From the NCBI RefSeq assembly GCF_009914755.1, contig NC_060947.1: DNA of 64,000 nucleotides; one strand, given 5' to 3'. This DNA is from the human T2T-CHM13v2.0 reference genome, Homo sapiens. The stretch's first letter is position 1, and every line of letters starts with the position of its first letter. Position numbers and translations under genes: made by a program. The notes under the pieces were generated by a model. That model worked only from the letters and a program-made list of their open reading frames with translations. It was not told where the DNA came from and did not search any database. This document shows, piece by piece, positions 1 through 14,051 of this stretch.

Positions 1-558
1 TCATAAAACAAGAAAGAGGTGAACCAGGATGTAAATGAAAAATTGACATATTAATAAAATGTGACAATTTCACCCAATGTATGTAGCCAGAAGTCAGACA
101 CAGTCAAGAAGTTGGGAGTTAAAAGATACAAATTATTAAGAACTAAAGAAGAGAACTATTTCATGGGGTTCGCATTGTGAGTTGATGAATTAATGTAGAA
201 AATGGTAATTTGGTCTCCTTCATTCCCATGGTAAATGTCTTCATTGATCATGGAAAAGAACATATTATTGGAGATGTGTGTCAAGATGTTCCTTTGGCTG
301 AATCTCTAATCATCATGCTTGTCACTACCCATGAATGATCCAAAAAAGTTCCACTTTATGATTGACCAGGTACCTAATACACACTGTAACTTTTGCTAGG
401 ATATGCAATTTTGACTTAAGATGGAAATTTGGCTTCTCCTCTCATACTGGCTGAATCTAAGTAGCAGCTGAACATTGATTCCAAAGAGATGAACCCTACT
501 GAATGCGTTTGTGAAAAGATGGTAGGGTAAAGATACATGCAGCAATATAGAACCTCCA

Positions 559-857
559 GGCTGGGTGCTGTGGCTCATGCCTGTAATCCTAGTGGTTTGG
601 AAAGCTGAAGAGTGGGAGGATAACTTGAGCTCAGATGTTTGACACCAGCCTGGGCAGCATAGTGAGACTCTGCCTCTACAAAGAAATTTTAAAACTTAGC
701 TGGGCGTGGAGGTGGACACCTGTAGTCCCAGCTACTCAGGTAGCTGAGGTGGTGTTAGCCCAGGAAGTCAAGGCTGCAGTAAGCTGTGACTGCACCACTG
801 TACTCCAGCCTGGGTGACAGAATGAGACTCTGTCTCAAACAAACAAACAAAAACAAC
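559..857 (+). mobile_element. AluJ SINE, full length
   Basis: GGCTGGGTGCTGTGGCTCATGCCTGTAATCC start, dimeric body, AluJ-type GTCAAGGCTGCAGT, (CAAA)n tail; TSD ATAGAACCTCCA (547-558) / ATAGAACTTCCT (858-869). Confidence 0.93.
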
Positions 858-3800
858 ATAGAACTTCCTGAAGTTTCTAGATCATTATACCAACCCTCGA
901 TTTCAGTGGATAAGGGGGTTCGAAGAGAGGCTTGCAGGTAGATAGAGTGCCTTATAATTTCTAGTGCCTTCTTGTTAATACTCTGTAATCTGGTCATTCA
1001 TCTTATTTTTGCTCATTTTTCAGGGGTCAGGAGGTAGAAGCTTTCTTTAAATTATAGATTAGAGAATTAGTTCATAAATGATTACAAAATGTATGATTAT
1101 TATTGTTTTCCATTTTATGTATTTATCTTTAAATAACCTGTTTCAATATCCAAGATAGTGTACTACATGTAAATCCCACATTCTATAGTGATATAAACTT
1201 AGATTTTCATATAACACTATAGTTTACAATGTCCTTTCACTTGTTTTATTTGCTCATTGGGAATTTGTGCTTTATTGAATTAAAAATCAAATGAGGGAGA
1301 TAAAGTTTTATGGTTTCTCATGCATGCAACAGGACCAAGAATTTTACCAGGGTTTCCTGGTTAAAAATCCAAATGGCTACTTATTCATGTAAGTGTGTCC
1401 CGTGTGGTAAAGTACAGTTGCACTGTGAAAAAAAAGCCAATGATACTATATATAGTACACATGACAAACGTGTACACCCAGGAACAAAGCTTCTTAGATC
1501 AGTGGTGAATTGGAAATTCCAACCAAGGAAAAAGCAAAAAAGCAACATGAGGACCTTTCTTGACATTTCTTTTTCACATCTTTTCTGGAAACCAGATCTG
1601 TGTTTTCAAAAGGAAAGGAAATGAGAACAGGTGAAATTTGAAAGAGATAGTTTAAAATCATTTTTATGACATCCATGAACATATATATTCTATAACATAA
1701 AGTATTATGGTAAATCAAAGTAAGTTTATTTGCAAACATTATTTCAAAGTAAGTTAAAATATTATATTGACAATTAAAATTAGCATGCTAAATATATATT
1801 AATTTATATATATTTATATATATGTATGTTGTGTTGTTGGTGTATGTAATCAAGCTAAACAAAGGCGAAAACCTATTTTTACAGCAATCTCCAGCTGCTC
1901 AAAAGTAGGCTGCTCTAAGTAACCTATTCTAGTGAGTCAGTACTTAAGACCAAGAAGCACTATAATACCAGTACATAACTGTTCTTACAAAATTGTCAGA
2001 AAAGTCTCATTAACATCTATTTTAAGATTGTATTACCTTAACTTTTAAAAGTGTGATATTGATGAAAACATATAATTGTCAAAACTACTAGGTAATAATT
2101 ATAATAGATTGTATTTTAAATAATAAAAATAATATTTATACTTTTGTTTATATTTTTAAACACAATGGTAGGGTTTATTTTCCAGATTACATTTTCTACT
2201 TAAATTTCAAAAATTAATTAGTGTCTACATAAGATATTGGAAATTAAAGTAATTTAATGTTCAATTTCAAAACAATTTCTAATGTTTGTAATTACATAAA
2301 ATTTGACTAGTCTAATTATACTGTGTATGATATGCTCAAACAGAAAACACGAAGAGGTTTGGTTTTAGTTCTATAATGTCTGTTAACAACTTGATATTGT
2401 CGCTGTTACATTGAACAAGAATCCTAAATGTAGTAAAGGAAAATGTTGGCATTCAATTGAATCCAATTCTTTGGGCTAGAAAGCTTTCCCTGACTTGGTT
2501 CCGTGATTCAACTATTCTGTTGACTCCCAGAACACATGAAAAACAAATAAGAATTCTGTGGTTTCCTTCTAATTATAAAAGACAATTTGATTTTATTTTA
2601 AAATATCAGACTACTGTAATACTCAAAACTGCTGTTTCGTGTACAGCATATGCTGTTGGCTGGGTAGGTGTCTAAAGGTGTTTTGTTTTTTTATGCAACA
2701 CTCACACAGGTTCTTTGGGGATGGTAGCATTCCCCGTTTCTCTTCTGCCTTTGATGCCTGGAAATATTACACTTGTATCTCCTTTCTCCATAGAACCTCT
2801 TCTTGCTAGATTATATTACCTTTTCAATCATCTGCAAGGTATGAGCTGTCTTCAGGTTAGATTTCTCTTTTGTAGGATCCACAGGAAAGACTGCATCATG
2901 GACTCTCTATGAGCTTAAGATAGTCCATATATCCTTTGCTTTCTTAGCTAAGAATCTTGTCATCTGCTGTTCAGATGTCTTAGGTATAAGTCAGATCTTA
3001 GCCCATTGAGCCCCCTTAACTATAGGGAATGGCTATTGAGACCTCTGAGAGGTTTCACTTCACCTCCCTTCCTGCTGTGTTGCATTTCTCAGCTCTCTGA
3101 AGCATAAAAGTATTTCACATTCTTACAACATGTATCAATCGGCTGACTTGCATCTTTGAGCACCACTTATATTTTTGGCTAATCAATTAAAAAAATCAGA
3201 ACACACTCCCTTCCCTTGAGCATGTATAGTAATTTATTTCACCTTCAAATTTTGATAACGTAAACAATACTGAAAATATAGGTATAAGTTTGAAACAGAT
3301 AATCGATCAAATAACCATTATAAAAACTACTATGTCTAAAAACCTTAGCTTAGTTAGTTTAGTGTTGTCTTGCTTTTGTGATCTGCCTGTATCCTATGCT
3401 GAAACTACTTTTATGATGATATAATTTGACTTTTTTACCTATTTTGACTTGCATCCTTACCAGTAAAATACATTTTCCATATAAGAAAATATTATAGCAA
3501 GTTAAACAATAGGTGTTGAAGAATATAAAACACACTTTGATTAAATTAGTTACTTTTCTTTCCCAATTGACAATATTCAATTGCAAAATCAATTGCTCGT
3601 TCTGAAATATTCAAAAAAGAATAGTCCAGACTTGACAATGATGACCACAGTATTCTGCTAATTATAAATTAGACACAATCTCTCTTTATGAACACATTTA
3701 CTTGCTCAAAATCATACCATAAAATGTCCTTCTTGAAAGATGATGTTAAAATAGAACTAATCTAGTCTTGGCTTCTGCTGAGATCTCAAGAAAAAATAAC

Positions 3801-4349
3801 ACAAGTACTCCTCCATTATAAAATGAAAGTTATAAGATCTTCATACAGTAGTTGCAAAAATCAGCCTTGTGATTCTTAGCTCATCCCATATGTTGAGAAA
3901 ATAAGAGAGTTAGGAGTAAAAATTAGTGAAATGTTATTTTCAAGTCTTTGGGCTTTACTCCTATCTGGTACATAGGGAGAGGTTGTGAGGAATAGGCTCA
4001 CTTCTTGCCTTAATTCTGGGCATGGAAAATGAAATAGAACCTCCCAGAAGGCTTAATATCTATTCCCTGGAGTTTAGGGAACTCATTGGGCTAGAGTTTG
4101 CCTCATTCCCAAGACATTTAAAAGGCAACCAATTACATAAAAAGCAGTGGCCCAATAGGTGTGAAACTTTGAACAACTCTATGCAACTCTTTATATCTGG
4201 GAGAGTCAGTTCTCCTTTTCCCATTAACATTATATTGAATTTTTTCAGCTCTTTGAAATACACAAATGACTTTTACGTAGAAAATGCTGGTCATATATCT
4301 ATCCCCATTCACCTTAATTTTCTCAAAGAATTACCTGTAAGACATAAGA

Positions 4350-4453
4350 AAAGTGTAAGAGAGTGAAAACAAGATAAGTAAGCAAACATCATTGATTGCA
4401 TAACGGAAAAGACGCAAATAAAAGGGTCGTAGAATGCCCACTAGTCGAAAATA
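4350..4453. repeat. 104-bp dispersed duplication, copy 1
   Basis: Matches 9670-9773 at 101/104 nt by direct reading. Confidence 0.93.
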
Positions 4454-4967
4454 TGAAGTCTAACACTCATGGAATTGAGTACAGAGTGTGAAACCCTTGG
4501 TGAATGTTTTGGTAAGTGAGCAAATGTAGGCAACTGATTATTAATAAGTATGCACCTGGTATTGCTTGTGAGCGGCCCTAAAGTTCATTCCTGAAGTCTG
4601 GAGGCAAAGAGGAGAGAGGTGGCTGACATAAAAATTCATTCCACAGGATTAGCTCCGGATGGCCTCATGGGAATCGAGGAGATCTCTCTAACATGGAAAT
4701 TATCTCCTGCTTTTGATCACAAGAAGCTGAAAAATCAAAGTGAATAGGATTGATGAAAAATAGGAACGGGGATTTTGTGATCTTTATATGCTGGAAAATA
4801 GGAGAATAATTGTGTTTTAAAAACAAAACTATCATGCTTGTAATTACAAAAACTATGGAGATGAAGGGTGACAAAAGGATCCATTAAGAAGACTACACAA
4901 ATTGGGTTTCATAATTAGTGCATTATAGAATCATAACATAAACACCAGACTATAAGAAATTATGTCA

Positions 4968-5109
4968 AATACATACCATAATACAGAAATACCATAATAC
5001 AGAAATACAGAATACATACCATAATACAGAAATAAAACATACCATAATACAGAAACATGTACAGAAATACAGATAGATAGATAGCTAGATAGATAGATAG
5101 ATGATAGAT
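4968..5109. repeat. Short tandem repeat (ATACCATAATACAGAA units) followed by (GATA)n
   Basis: Four ATACCATAATACAGAA-like units, then a GATA array at about 5070-5109. Confidence 0.9.
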
Positions 5110-5324
5110 TTCACTAATATGCTAATATGCAAAGATGTTTCTACAATAGAAAAGTAACTAGAATGACAAAAGATCAATGAACTTATCTTTAAAAATACAT
5201 TCAAGTTCTCAGGTTTACTGGAAGTCAAAAAATGTAAATAAAAATAGTAATACAGGATTTTAATCTATGATATTGGAAAGAAGTTTTCTGTGATGCAATG
5301 TCATGAAGAAGAAAAAGTAGAAGT

Positions 5325-5480
5325 TTTTTTCTCTCTTCCTTCCTTCTTCCCTCCCCCCCTCTTTTCCTTCTTTCCTTATCTCTCTCCCTCCCTTGCTTCC
5401 TTCCTGCCTCTTCCTTCCTTCCTTTATTTTCTTCCTTCCTTATTTCCTTCCTTTCCTCCCTCCCTTCCTTCTCACCCTTC
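5325..5480. repeat. TC-rich (TTCC)n low-complexity tract
   Basis: Almost pure pyrimidine on the + strand. Confidence 0.92.
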
Positions 5481-5718
5481 TCATTTATTGCTGGAAAGAC
5501 TGTAAATTGAGGCAAATTTCATAGAAAATAATTTGGTGATATGTATTATATTAAGAATTGTCAAATAGATCACCACTGATATACTTTATATAAATTTTAT
5601 AAAAATAATTACATGTGTGCATTAAAAGGTGTATAGCAGGAACATTTCATAGTAAGAAACTCTACAGTTGATTGTTACTAGGCCACCATTAAGCCAATAA
5701 TAAAATAGTAGGAATGCA

Positions 5719-5751
5719 TGTGTTTGTGTGTTTGTGTGTGTGTGTGTGTGT
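5719..5751. repeat. (TG)n microsatellite
   Basis: Interrupted TG array. Confidence 0.9.
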
Positions 5752-6099
5752 CCATTGGTTATACGCATTTTAAAAAGCACATCGAAGTTGCACATCAGGT
5801 TATTAATAATGGGTACTATTGGTGGGGCATTTTTAAGGGAGTTCATTGACATCAAACTTTGTGTATTTTTTAGAAAATGGTAAGGTTATGGAATACATTT
5901 TTCTCACTAAAAATGATGTTTTAGTGAATAATCCATTTTCAATCTAGTTTTTAAAAATGATGACAGTATTGTAGAATTCCAAATAAAAACATAAGCTACA
6001 TCAGAGGTGTTGTAAATAGAGCTAAAGAGAGTTATTTCAATTATCAGCAAATGTAGAATCTGCAATTGATTGTTATTATACAAAAGGCATAAAAGGAGG

Positions 6100-6326
6100 C
6101 GGGAACTAAGCTATGGGTATACAGAGGCCTACAGAATTGTATAATGGACATCGGAGACTCAGAAGCAGGAAGGGTGGGATGGGGATGAGGGATGAAAACC
6201 TGCCTATTGGGTACAATGTACACTACTCGGGTGGCAGATGCACTGAAATCCCAGACTTCACCACTGTGCATCCACCCATGCACACAAAAACCACTTGGAC
6301 CCCTGAAGCTATTGAAAATAAAAAAT
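6100..6326 (+). mobile_element. L1 3' end fragment (L1PB4-like)
   Basis: GGGAACTAAGCTATGGGTA...TATTGGGTACAATGTACACTACTCGGGTG...CCCAGACTTCACCACT...AAGCTATTGAAAATAAAAAA resembles the L1PB 3' UTR. Confidence 0.85.
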
Positions 6327-7152
6327 GTATATTTACAAAAGGAATTGAAGATGAATTTGTTTTCTTTCTTATTTAGCCGAGTGAAGGCTGATGACCTTAA
6401 CGAAGATGGAACATACAAGAATAAAAAATGCTTTTAAGGAAGAACAAAACGGCTGTGCTTTAGAATTTTTCATTTCACTTTCCCGTGGTACATTCAGGAG
6501 GAAATTATTTGAGGCAATTAGGCAGAGAAATTTTAACTAAAAATGTCTTTTGAAAATACAGCAGTTTGGTTTCTTCTGCAAATGTCCTTCAGCTATAGCA
6601 AGTAAGAAAACAAACATCATTTTTTATTTGATTATAGGATTTTATTAAAACGTAGAATCTGCCCTTAAGAATACCTTGAGCATTCATATAATTCTTATAA
6701 GAAAATGACCTTTGCTTCAGTATTACTGAAACAAAAACAATAGATCTTAGAAAACACGATGGGATCGACATTAATAAGTAATTCCCTAGGAAATTATTGT
6801 ATATTTCAGAAAGTATTTTATGAATATATCATTTTGGCAAATGAACAGACTCAGTTTTAACAACGAACCATGTGAGGGGTTATTTTAAGTTTCTTCTATG
6901 GTTGAAATAGGTGCTTTATCTCATTTGCTCTTTTTATTATCATTATTTATAATAATTCTGTGGCGTTAACCTTATGTCTTCCTAGGGCTGAGGAAGATTT
7001 AAAAGAGTTGTTTAATTATTTGTTGCTCATTTAAGGGCTTTTATAATGAATGAATATGAAAATACCACTTGGAAATGTCAGTATCTGCAATAACATGTGA
7101 ACTTTATTCCTCAACATCCCGGCTATCCCACCGGACAAAAATTGCACTGGCT

Positions 7153-7490
<338 letters not shown>

Positions 7491-7764
7491 TCAGCAGATC
7501 ACTTTAGATTTATACACAACAATTTCAAAAATACCTGATCCGTATGTTATCCATTTTTAATGAAATTTTCTTTCTCTTTCCCCTGTTCAGTAACCTAGCA
7601 GGTGTCAATATTTTATTGGAACACCAGACTACACCAGACACTGAGCCGCTTCCTAATTGGATGGCTTCCCCCTTAACTAGAGGCCTCTAGGGTTCTACCC
7701 TTGGGAAGATATCGAAGGCATAGATTTAAAACGGAACAGGAACCCTCTTGGTGAAAACGTCAGT

Positions 7765-8522
7765 TCCTTCCTTCCTGCCTGCCTTCCTGCCTAGCTGCCA
7801 TCCTGCCTTCCTGCCTGCCTTCCTTTTCTTCTTTCCACTTTCTTCTTCCCTTTCACTTTTTCTTCTTTTCATATGTCCCTCCCTTCCTCTCTCCTCCCCC
7901 TTCCCTTTCTTCCTTCCTTATTTCATTCCTTTCCTCCTTCCCTCCTTCCCTCCCTCTGCCTTCCTTATTTCCTTCCTTTTCTCTTTCCTTCCTTTCTCCC
8001 TCCCTCCTTCCCTTCCTATCCTCTATGCTTCTCTCCCTGTCTCCTTCCTTCCTTCCTGCCTTCCTCCCTACCTCCCCTCCCTCCTTCTGTCTCTTCCTTC
8101 CCTCCTTCCTTCCCTCCTTCTGTCTCTTCCTTCCCTCCTTCCTTCCCTCCTTATTTCCTTTTCTCTTTCCTTCCTTTCTCCCTCCCTTCTTCCCTTCCTA
8201 TCTTCTATGCCTCTCTCCCTGTCTCCTTCCTTCCTCCCTACCTCCCCTCCCTCCTTCTGTCTCTTCCTTCCCTCCTTCCTTCCCTCCTTCCTTTCTTTCT
8301 TTCTCTCTCTTTCTTTCCTTCTTTCTTTTTCTTTCTTTCTTTCTTTCCTTCTTTTTCTTTCTTTCTTTCTTTTTCTTTCTTCCCTCCCTCCTTTCTTTCC
8401 TTCCTTCTCTCCCTCCCTACTTCTTTTTTCTTCTCCCTCCTCCTTCCTTCCTTGCTTCTTTCCTTCTTTTCTTCCTTCCCTTTGCTCCTATCCTCCTTTT
8501 CTTTCTTCCCATCCTACTCCTC
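7765..8522. repeat. ~750-bp polypyrimidine/polypurine tract ((TTCC)n/(TTTC)n) with internal duplication
   Basis: Near-pure C/T on the + strand; block ~7963-8120 recurs at ~8149-8290. Confidence 0.95.
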
Positions 8523-9429
8523 CACATAAACCATATTTTCAAGTGCACCACACAGTGTGAATGGTGCATTAGGATCTCTCTGCACTATTCAATGTTCCTG
8601 CAATCACTTTAGGAAGCACCTCATCATGCCTGTTGAACTTTATGACAGGTGTCGCAAGGGGAAAACCCTTGTTTCTAGTACAGCATCTCTAAGGAGTGCA
8701 GTCCTGGGATCTTGAGCATGAAGAGAGATGGATTGAAATGTGCAAAGATTTTGGTTTTGCTATTTTTGCTCGTTTGCTTTCCTGCACCCTTCAGGGTTCT
8801 ATCCTGGGTCCTCAAGGTCACACAGTGAGGGTAGCTTTCATTCCCTTCCACAGGTGGGATGATTTGGTCTCAATTACTAAAAAGACCCAGCCTTGTGGCT
8901 GCCTTTGCTGGCTTTTAGTCAAAGACTCCCCAGCTTCTCACGAGGCAGCCCAGTGAGACCCCGTTTTGCACATGGAAAATTTCTATTGGCATTGAACTCA
9001 GCTATACCTTTATTTCTTATTGACGTATTTTATCTGCCAGTACTCCAATGTTTGGAATATGAAACTGATTTATTGTTTAATGAAACACCAGAGAAAATGA
9101 TTTTTGTGACAAATGTGTATTTTCTTCACCAGATAATAAAAATTCCTACAGGTAAATTCTTCCAAGGCAAGAAGTGAATTTTCAAAAGTGAAAAAATAAA
9201 TAACTACAAAGTAAAAATAAATAAAAAATAAAAAATTCCTACCGGGTTCAATTTCTACTGTAGCTGCAAGAAACACAAAATTTTGTATTCAATAACATGA
9301 ATTATTCCAGTAAGAAACTATTCTGTATTCTGGACTTGCTTTATTCTGACTTTGTTTTAGTTAATCCCTTTCACTATGGCTAATTGTATAAACCAGAAAA
9401 CCACAATCCCTTTTGAAATCCCTGTACAT

Positions 9430-9965
9430 AAAATATATGATATTATATATGTTTTATATAAGTAATATATATGATTACTTATATAGGATTATATAACAGT
9501 TACTTATGTATTTTTATAAATATATCATTTCCATATTTATATCTATTAAATATAATATGTATAATTATTTTTATATTATTTTAATCTTATGTCTCTAAGA
9601 CAATCTTATGCAATATTATAAATTTTAATTTATAATATTGCATAAATAAAATTATATATAATTATATATAAAGTGTAAGAGAGTGACAACAAGATAAGTA
9701 AGCAAACATCATTGATTGCATAATGGAAAAGACGCAAATAAAAGGGTCGTAGAATGCCCACTAGTCAAAAATAAAGATAAATAAATACACATGTGCATAT
9801 ATTAATAAATAGGTACATATGTGTGTGTATTCATATATTTATACAGTTAAAACAGACAAGTATACATGTCACAGATGTATATATTCATATACATGTATAT
9901 CATTGATAGAGCCTTTGCAAGTCATATATATGACAAATATACATGTATACATGTCTTTGACATAA
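9430..9965. repeat. AT-rich low-complexity tract containing copy 2 of the 104-bp duplication
   Basis: TA-rich sequence flanks 9670-9773 on both sides. Confidence 0.85.
9670..9773. repeat. 104-bp dispersed duplication, copy 2
   Basis: AAAGTGTAAGAGAGTGACAACAAGATAAG...GAATGCCCACTAGTCAAAAATA; 3 mismatches to 4350-4453. Confidence 0.93.
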
Positions 9966-10995
9966 TTAGTGCATCTTGTTAGTATCAGCCCATTCACTAC
10001 ATGTTGATTCCTTTCATTTTCATCTTGTCTATTGCATTCATAGTTATCCTCAACCAAACTCTAAAATAGATTATGAATTCCCAGAACTGAATGATCACAT
10101 TCCTCTATTTTTTGGAAACAACTAGCATTGTCCTATATGTGATTTCTTCACAGAATACAAGGTACTTAGAATGATAATTCCATCTCCTTGCATATTTTTA
10201 GGGCAAACAAAGAAAATATCACAGAAAGATTTACTTGACTTTACCTGGTGTACCATTGGAGGCTCACAGAGAGGACTCTAACAAGATGATTTGTGCGTAT
10301 TAATATATTTTATTTTTCCCCATAGTATTCATTGAATGTGTTTGCCCATTAGGTGTTTTGTTTAAGTCTTTTTTCCATATTTTCAGTACAATGTATTATA
10401 AAGTAACAGTCAGTTTTCTTCAAAGAAAAAGAAAACTGAGTGACTTTAAAAATCACAAAAAGAAAATTCCATTAAAAAAGCATTATATTTCATTGCATTA
10501 CTATGACTATAATACTACCCCATAGGACAGTTTACAACATAACAAGTCAGTGTTAATTCTGTGACAGCCATAAACACTTCAAAGAAACTCCATCATGTGA
10601 TAAAGATACAATATTTTAATAGTGATGCTTTTGTAACTGCAAGAGATGCTAAGTAGTACAATTGCATCAATTTTTGTTATTGTTTCATTGTAAAATTATA
10701 GAGTTATTTATCACAATAGAGTACCAGTTATTTCTTTCAAATCAAAGACTCTATGTATTTATAATCCTCTGTCATATTCAAGGATATTGCTGATGGGTTT
10801 GTTATTTTTATGTAAATGATCAGTGTGTATCAGGAAGCTGCCTTTGCTACCCAGAAACAGCTGCTAAGTAAAGTAAATTTTGAAGCCTAACTCTTCTATT
10901 CCTCATTCCTCTACCTCTTCTGTAGGAGCAAGATATCAATCCCATTTCTCCTTGCCCATTAAAAAAAATTTCCTTCTGTGCACCCCTTCCCCAAC

Positions 10996-11158
10996 TTTTT
11001 TTTGAGACAGGGTCTCCTTCTGTTGCCCAGGCTGGAGTGCAGTGATGTGATATTGGCTCACTGCAGCCTTGACTTCCTGGGCTCAAGCAATACTCTCACT
11101 CAGCCTCCCAAGTAGCTGAGACTACAGGTACATGCCACCACACCCAGCTAAGTTTTGT
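10996..11158 (-). mobile_element. Alu right monomer (AluJ/FRAM-like)
   Basis: TTTTGAGACAGGGTCTC...CACTGCAGCCTTGACTTCCTGGGCTCAAGC...CACCCAGCTAA; left arm absent. Confidence 0.9.
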
Positions 11159-12060
11159 CATGCACCATTTTGATAGACTCTACAAGAAACTCTGCACTAC
11201 AGATCTCAAGCACGAGACTCAATCCTCCATATTCCTATTGCCATCTTCCCATGGATTTATCACACCCAGCCTGGAACAGGAGTATGTAGTTTCCTTGGTG
11301 GTCTAGCCTCTGATTACTGACTTTTTAACCCATCCCTCCTTATCCTAAATTCCATAAAGTCCCTGGTAACTCGGCTTACCTCCCAGTTTAAGCTCATGTT
11401 GACATGAGCTTTTCAAACTTTGGGTGCCTGGCTGAGGCAAATCTCAACTCCCTCTAGAGAAACTTCCAAAACAATATTGCCCTTTCATCTGTATTTTACA
11501 AGCCCTTACATCTTCCTAGTACTCTGTTTTCCCTTGCTGGGTTTAGAGAAATAATTTTCATCCCCAGTCTACTTGACTGGAGTCCTGAAGTTCCAAATCT
11601 TCAAAAGGTAGGGCCTGCCTCCCAAGAGTCAACATGATTTTCTACCACCTTCCCCTTTTTGGGAGCTGATTCTAGACACAAGGAGGCCATGCAGAACTTT
11701 GGACATTGCTTTCCAACTCTACCCATGACCCTTTAAGGTTTATGTCTCTCGAAACTTGGCATGTATATCTTGCTTCTTAAACATGCAGGGCCACGTGAAT
11801 CATTCTGCAGTATTTCTGGTCCAGCAAGTTTAAAAAGAAGCTAATGAAGTGGATATTTAAAAGCCTTCAGGTGAATCTAATGGAAGTAGTAATCAATAAA
11901 CCACACCTTGAAAATGGCTAGTTGAAAATGCCACCATTCTCCTTTCACTCCATTGCTTTGAAAATAAACACTGACCAACATATATACAAAAATTAGCATA
12001 TTGCATCACCTTGATGACTGCCCCACTTTTTAGGAAGCTGCAATTCACTTTTTATAATTA

Positions 12061-12468
<408 letters not shown>

Positions 12469-14051
12469 TCAGTAAAGTTGCTGTATATTTGTTTTCATCA
12501 TACAGGATGGTCTTCCTAGGAAGCGCAGACATAATTACTGAATGCCACAGCACTGCATAACCCAACAGAACCTCACTGGTGCCTTCTCAGTCTAACAGGC
12601 AGCATTGAAGAGGATGCTACCTTCAGTCTCTTCCAGAAGAGGATATGTACCTGTGGGTAAAATGAAATGATAAAATAATGCTTAATTCATTAATATTATC
12701 AGATTTCCACCCTCCACTTTGGGGCAAATGCTAGAGAGTGAGGGAAACAGAGAGAACATCTACTCCCTTATGCACAGTTTACAGATAAAAACAAACAAAC
12801 AAAAAATATCAAATTCAAGGATACATGCATAACCACGTGCTCCATCCATGGTGGTGTGTGGGCAGCTGATTTCCAGTTCATGGTGCACCCATTCCACTGG
12901 GGGACATTACACCTGCATCCAGGTGATTGAATTTGGACCAGACTCAAGTTCTGCAGGAACATGGATGTGTCTCATCTTCACTCAAGCTGATAAGTTTGAG
13001 CTGATACAGACATCACATCCATCTTCTTGAAGAAGTTCCACGGCAAAACACATGAGTGTTATTTATCAATTTGTGGCAGAATGGAATAACCAACCCTTCC
13101 CTCTTGAGAACACTGTCAGTGCAGCAGCACATAAATAAATCTTGCTGCACCGCAGCACCCTGATGAGGCAGTGATCGCTGTGCAAAGATTCATGGCACTT
13201 TACTTGAATACTTTCATGGAAATATTTATTAAAACTCCCCCAAAATATCAAAAGTTGAGCAAATAAAAAATTACAGGCCAACAAATGTTTTCATATCTGA
13301 TGTTCAAATCTAAAAACCACAGTGAAGCTAAAATCTTCACTGTTTCCTCAATAATTATGAACCGTTGATATTCTGTCTATTAAATGTGTGATATTTGCGA
13401 TTTCACCAGAAAGCTAGCAGTCCATTTCCCAAGGCAGCACAAATAGTACATAGACTCTTTGCTAATCGTGTTTTAAAATTATGTATCATTGCAAAGCAGA
13501 GAGAAGTTAGGTTGTTATGTGGTATGAATCTGTTCTATTGAGTCTAATTCAGGCCGATGGAGTGCTGAAGATCATGTTTCCTTTTTAATAATGAGACCGT
13601 TTAAACTCTGATATTAATTTTTATTGCTCATCTGAAGAATAATTAAACAAAACAATTGACAAATAATTGACAAAACCATAAGCAAAAATAATGGACAAAA
13701 CAATTACAACATAAACAAGATGTTTCTTTTAACCGAGAGTGAGGCTGTTCTATTTTAACAAACCACTTTTATTTCACTTGATATATAGCCGGAAAGGCCA
13801 AATAATAACATTTTAGTAAAATCACATTTTCTCTGTGACCCAGGTTCCAAGAAGACAGTGTCTTTGAATAATGTCTAGAATTTTTGATTTGAAAGAAACA
13901 CATTTCTGGTCTATAGCTTAAAACAACTACATCCTCTGAAAAACCCAATAGTTCTTTAAGGAACACAATTCTGCTAATAATTACCTCTGACATTAGCTAC
14001 CTTGATGGCAAACATCTTGAAAACCAGAGTAAAAAAAATCTGCTGAGTCAT

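Noticed and set aside
4968-5070. Short regularly repeated units (CRISPR-like at a glance)
   Set aside because: Head-to-tail degenerate tandem units without unique spacers, in primate DNA with no cas genes.
6361-6437. Splice-acceptor-like TTTCTTTCTTATTTAG followed by AATAAA
   Set aside because: No supporting donor, reading frame or homology; such sites are common by chance in AT-rich DNA.
7748-8612. Overlapping 270, 218 and 195-aa ORFs
   Set aside because: All three frames are open because the C/T tract cannot encode stop codons; P/S/F/L-only composition.
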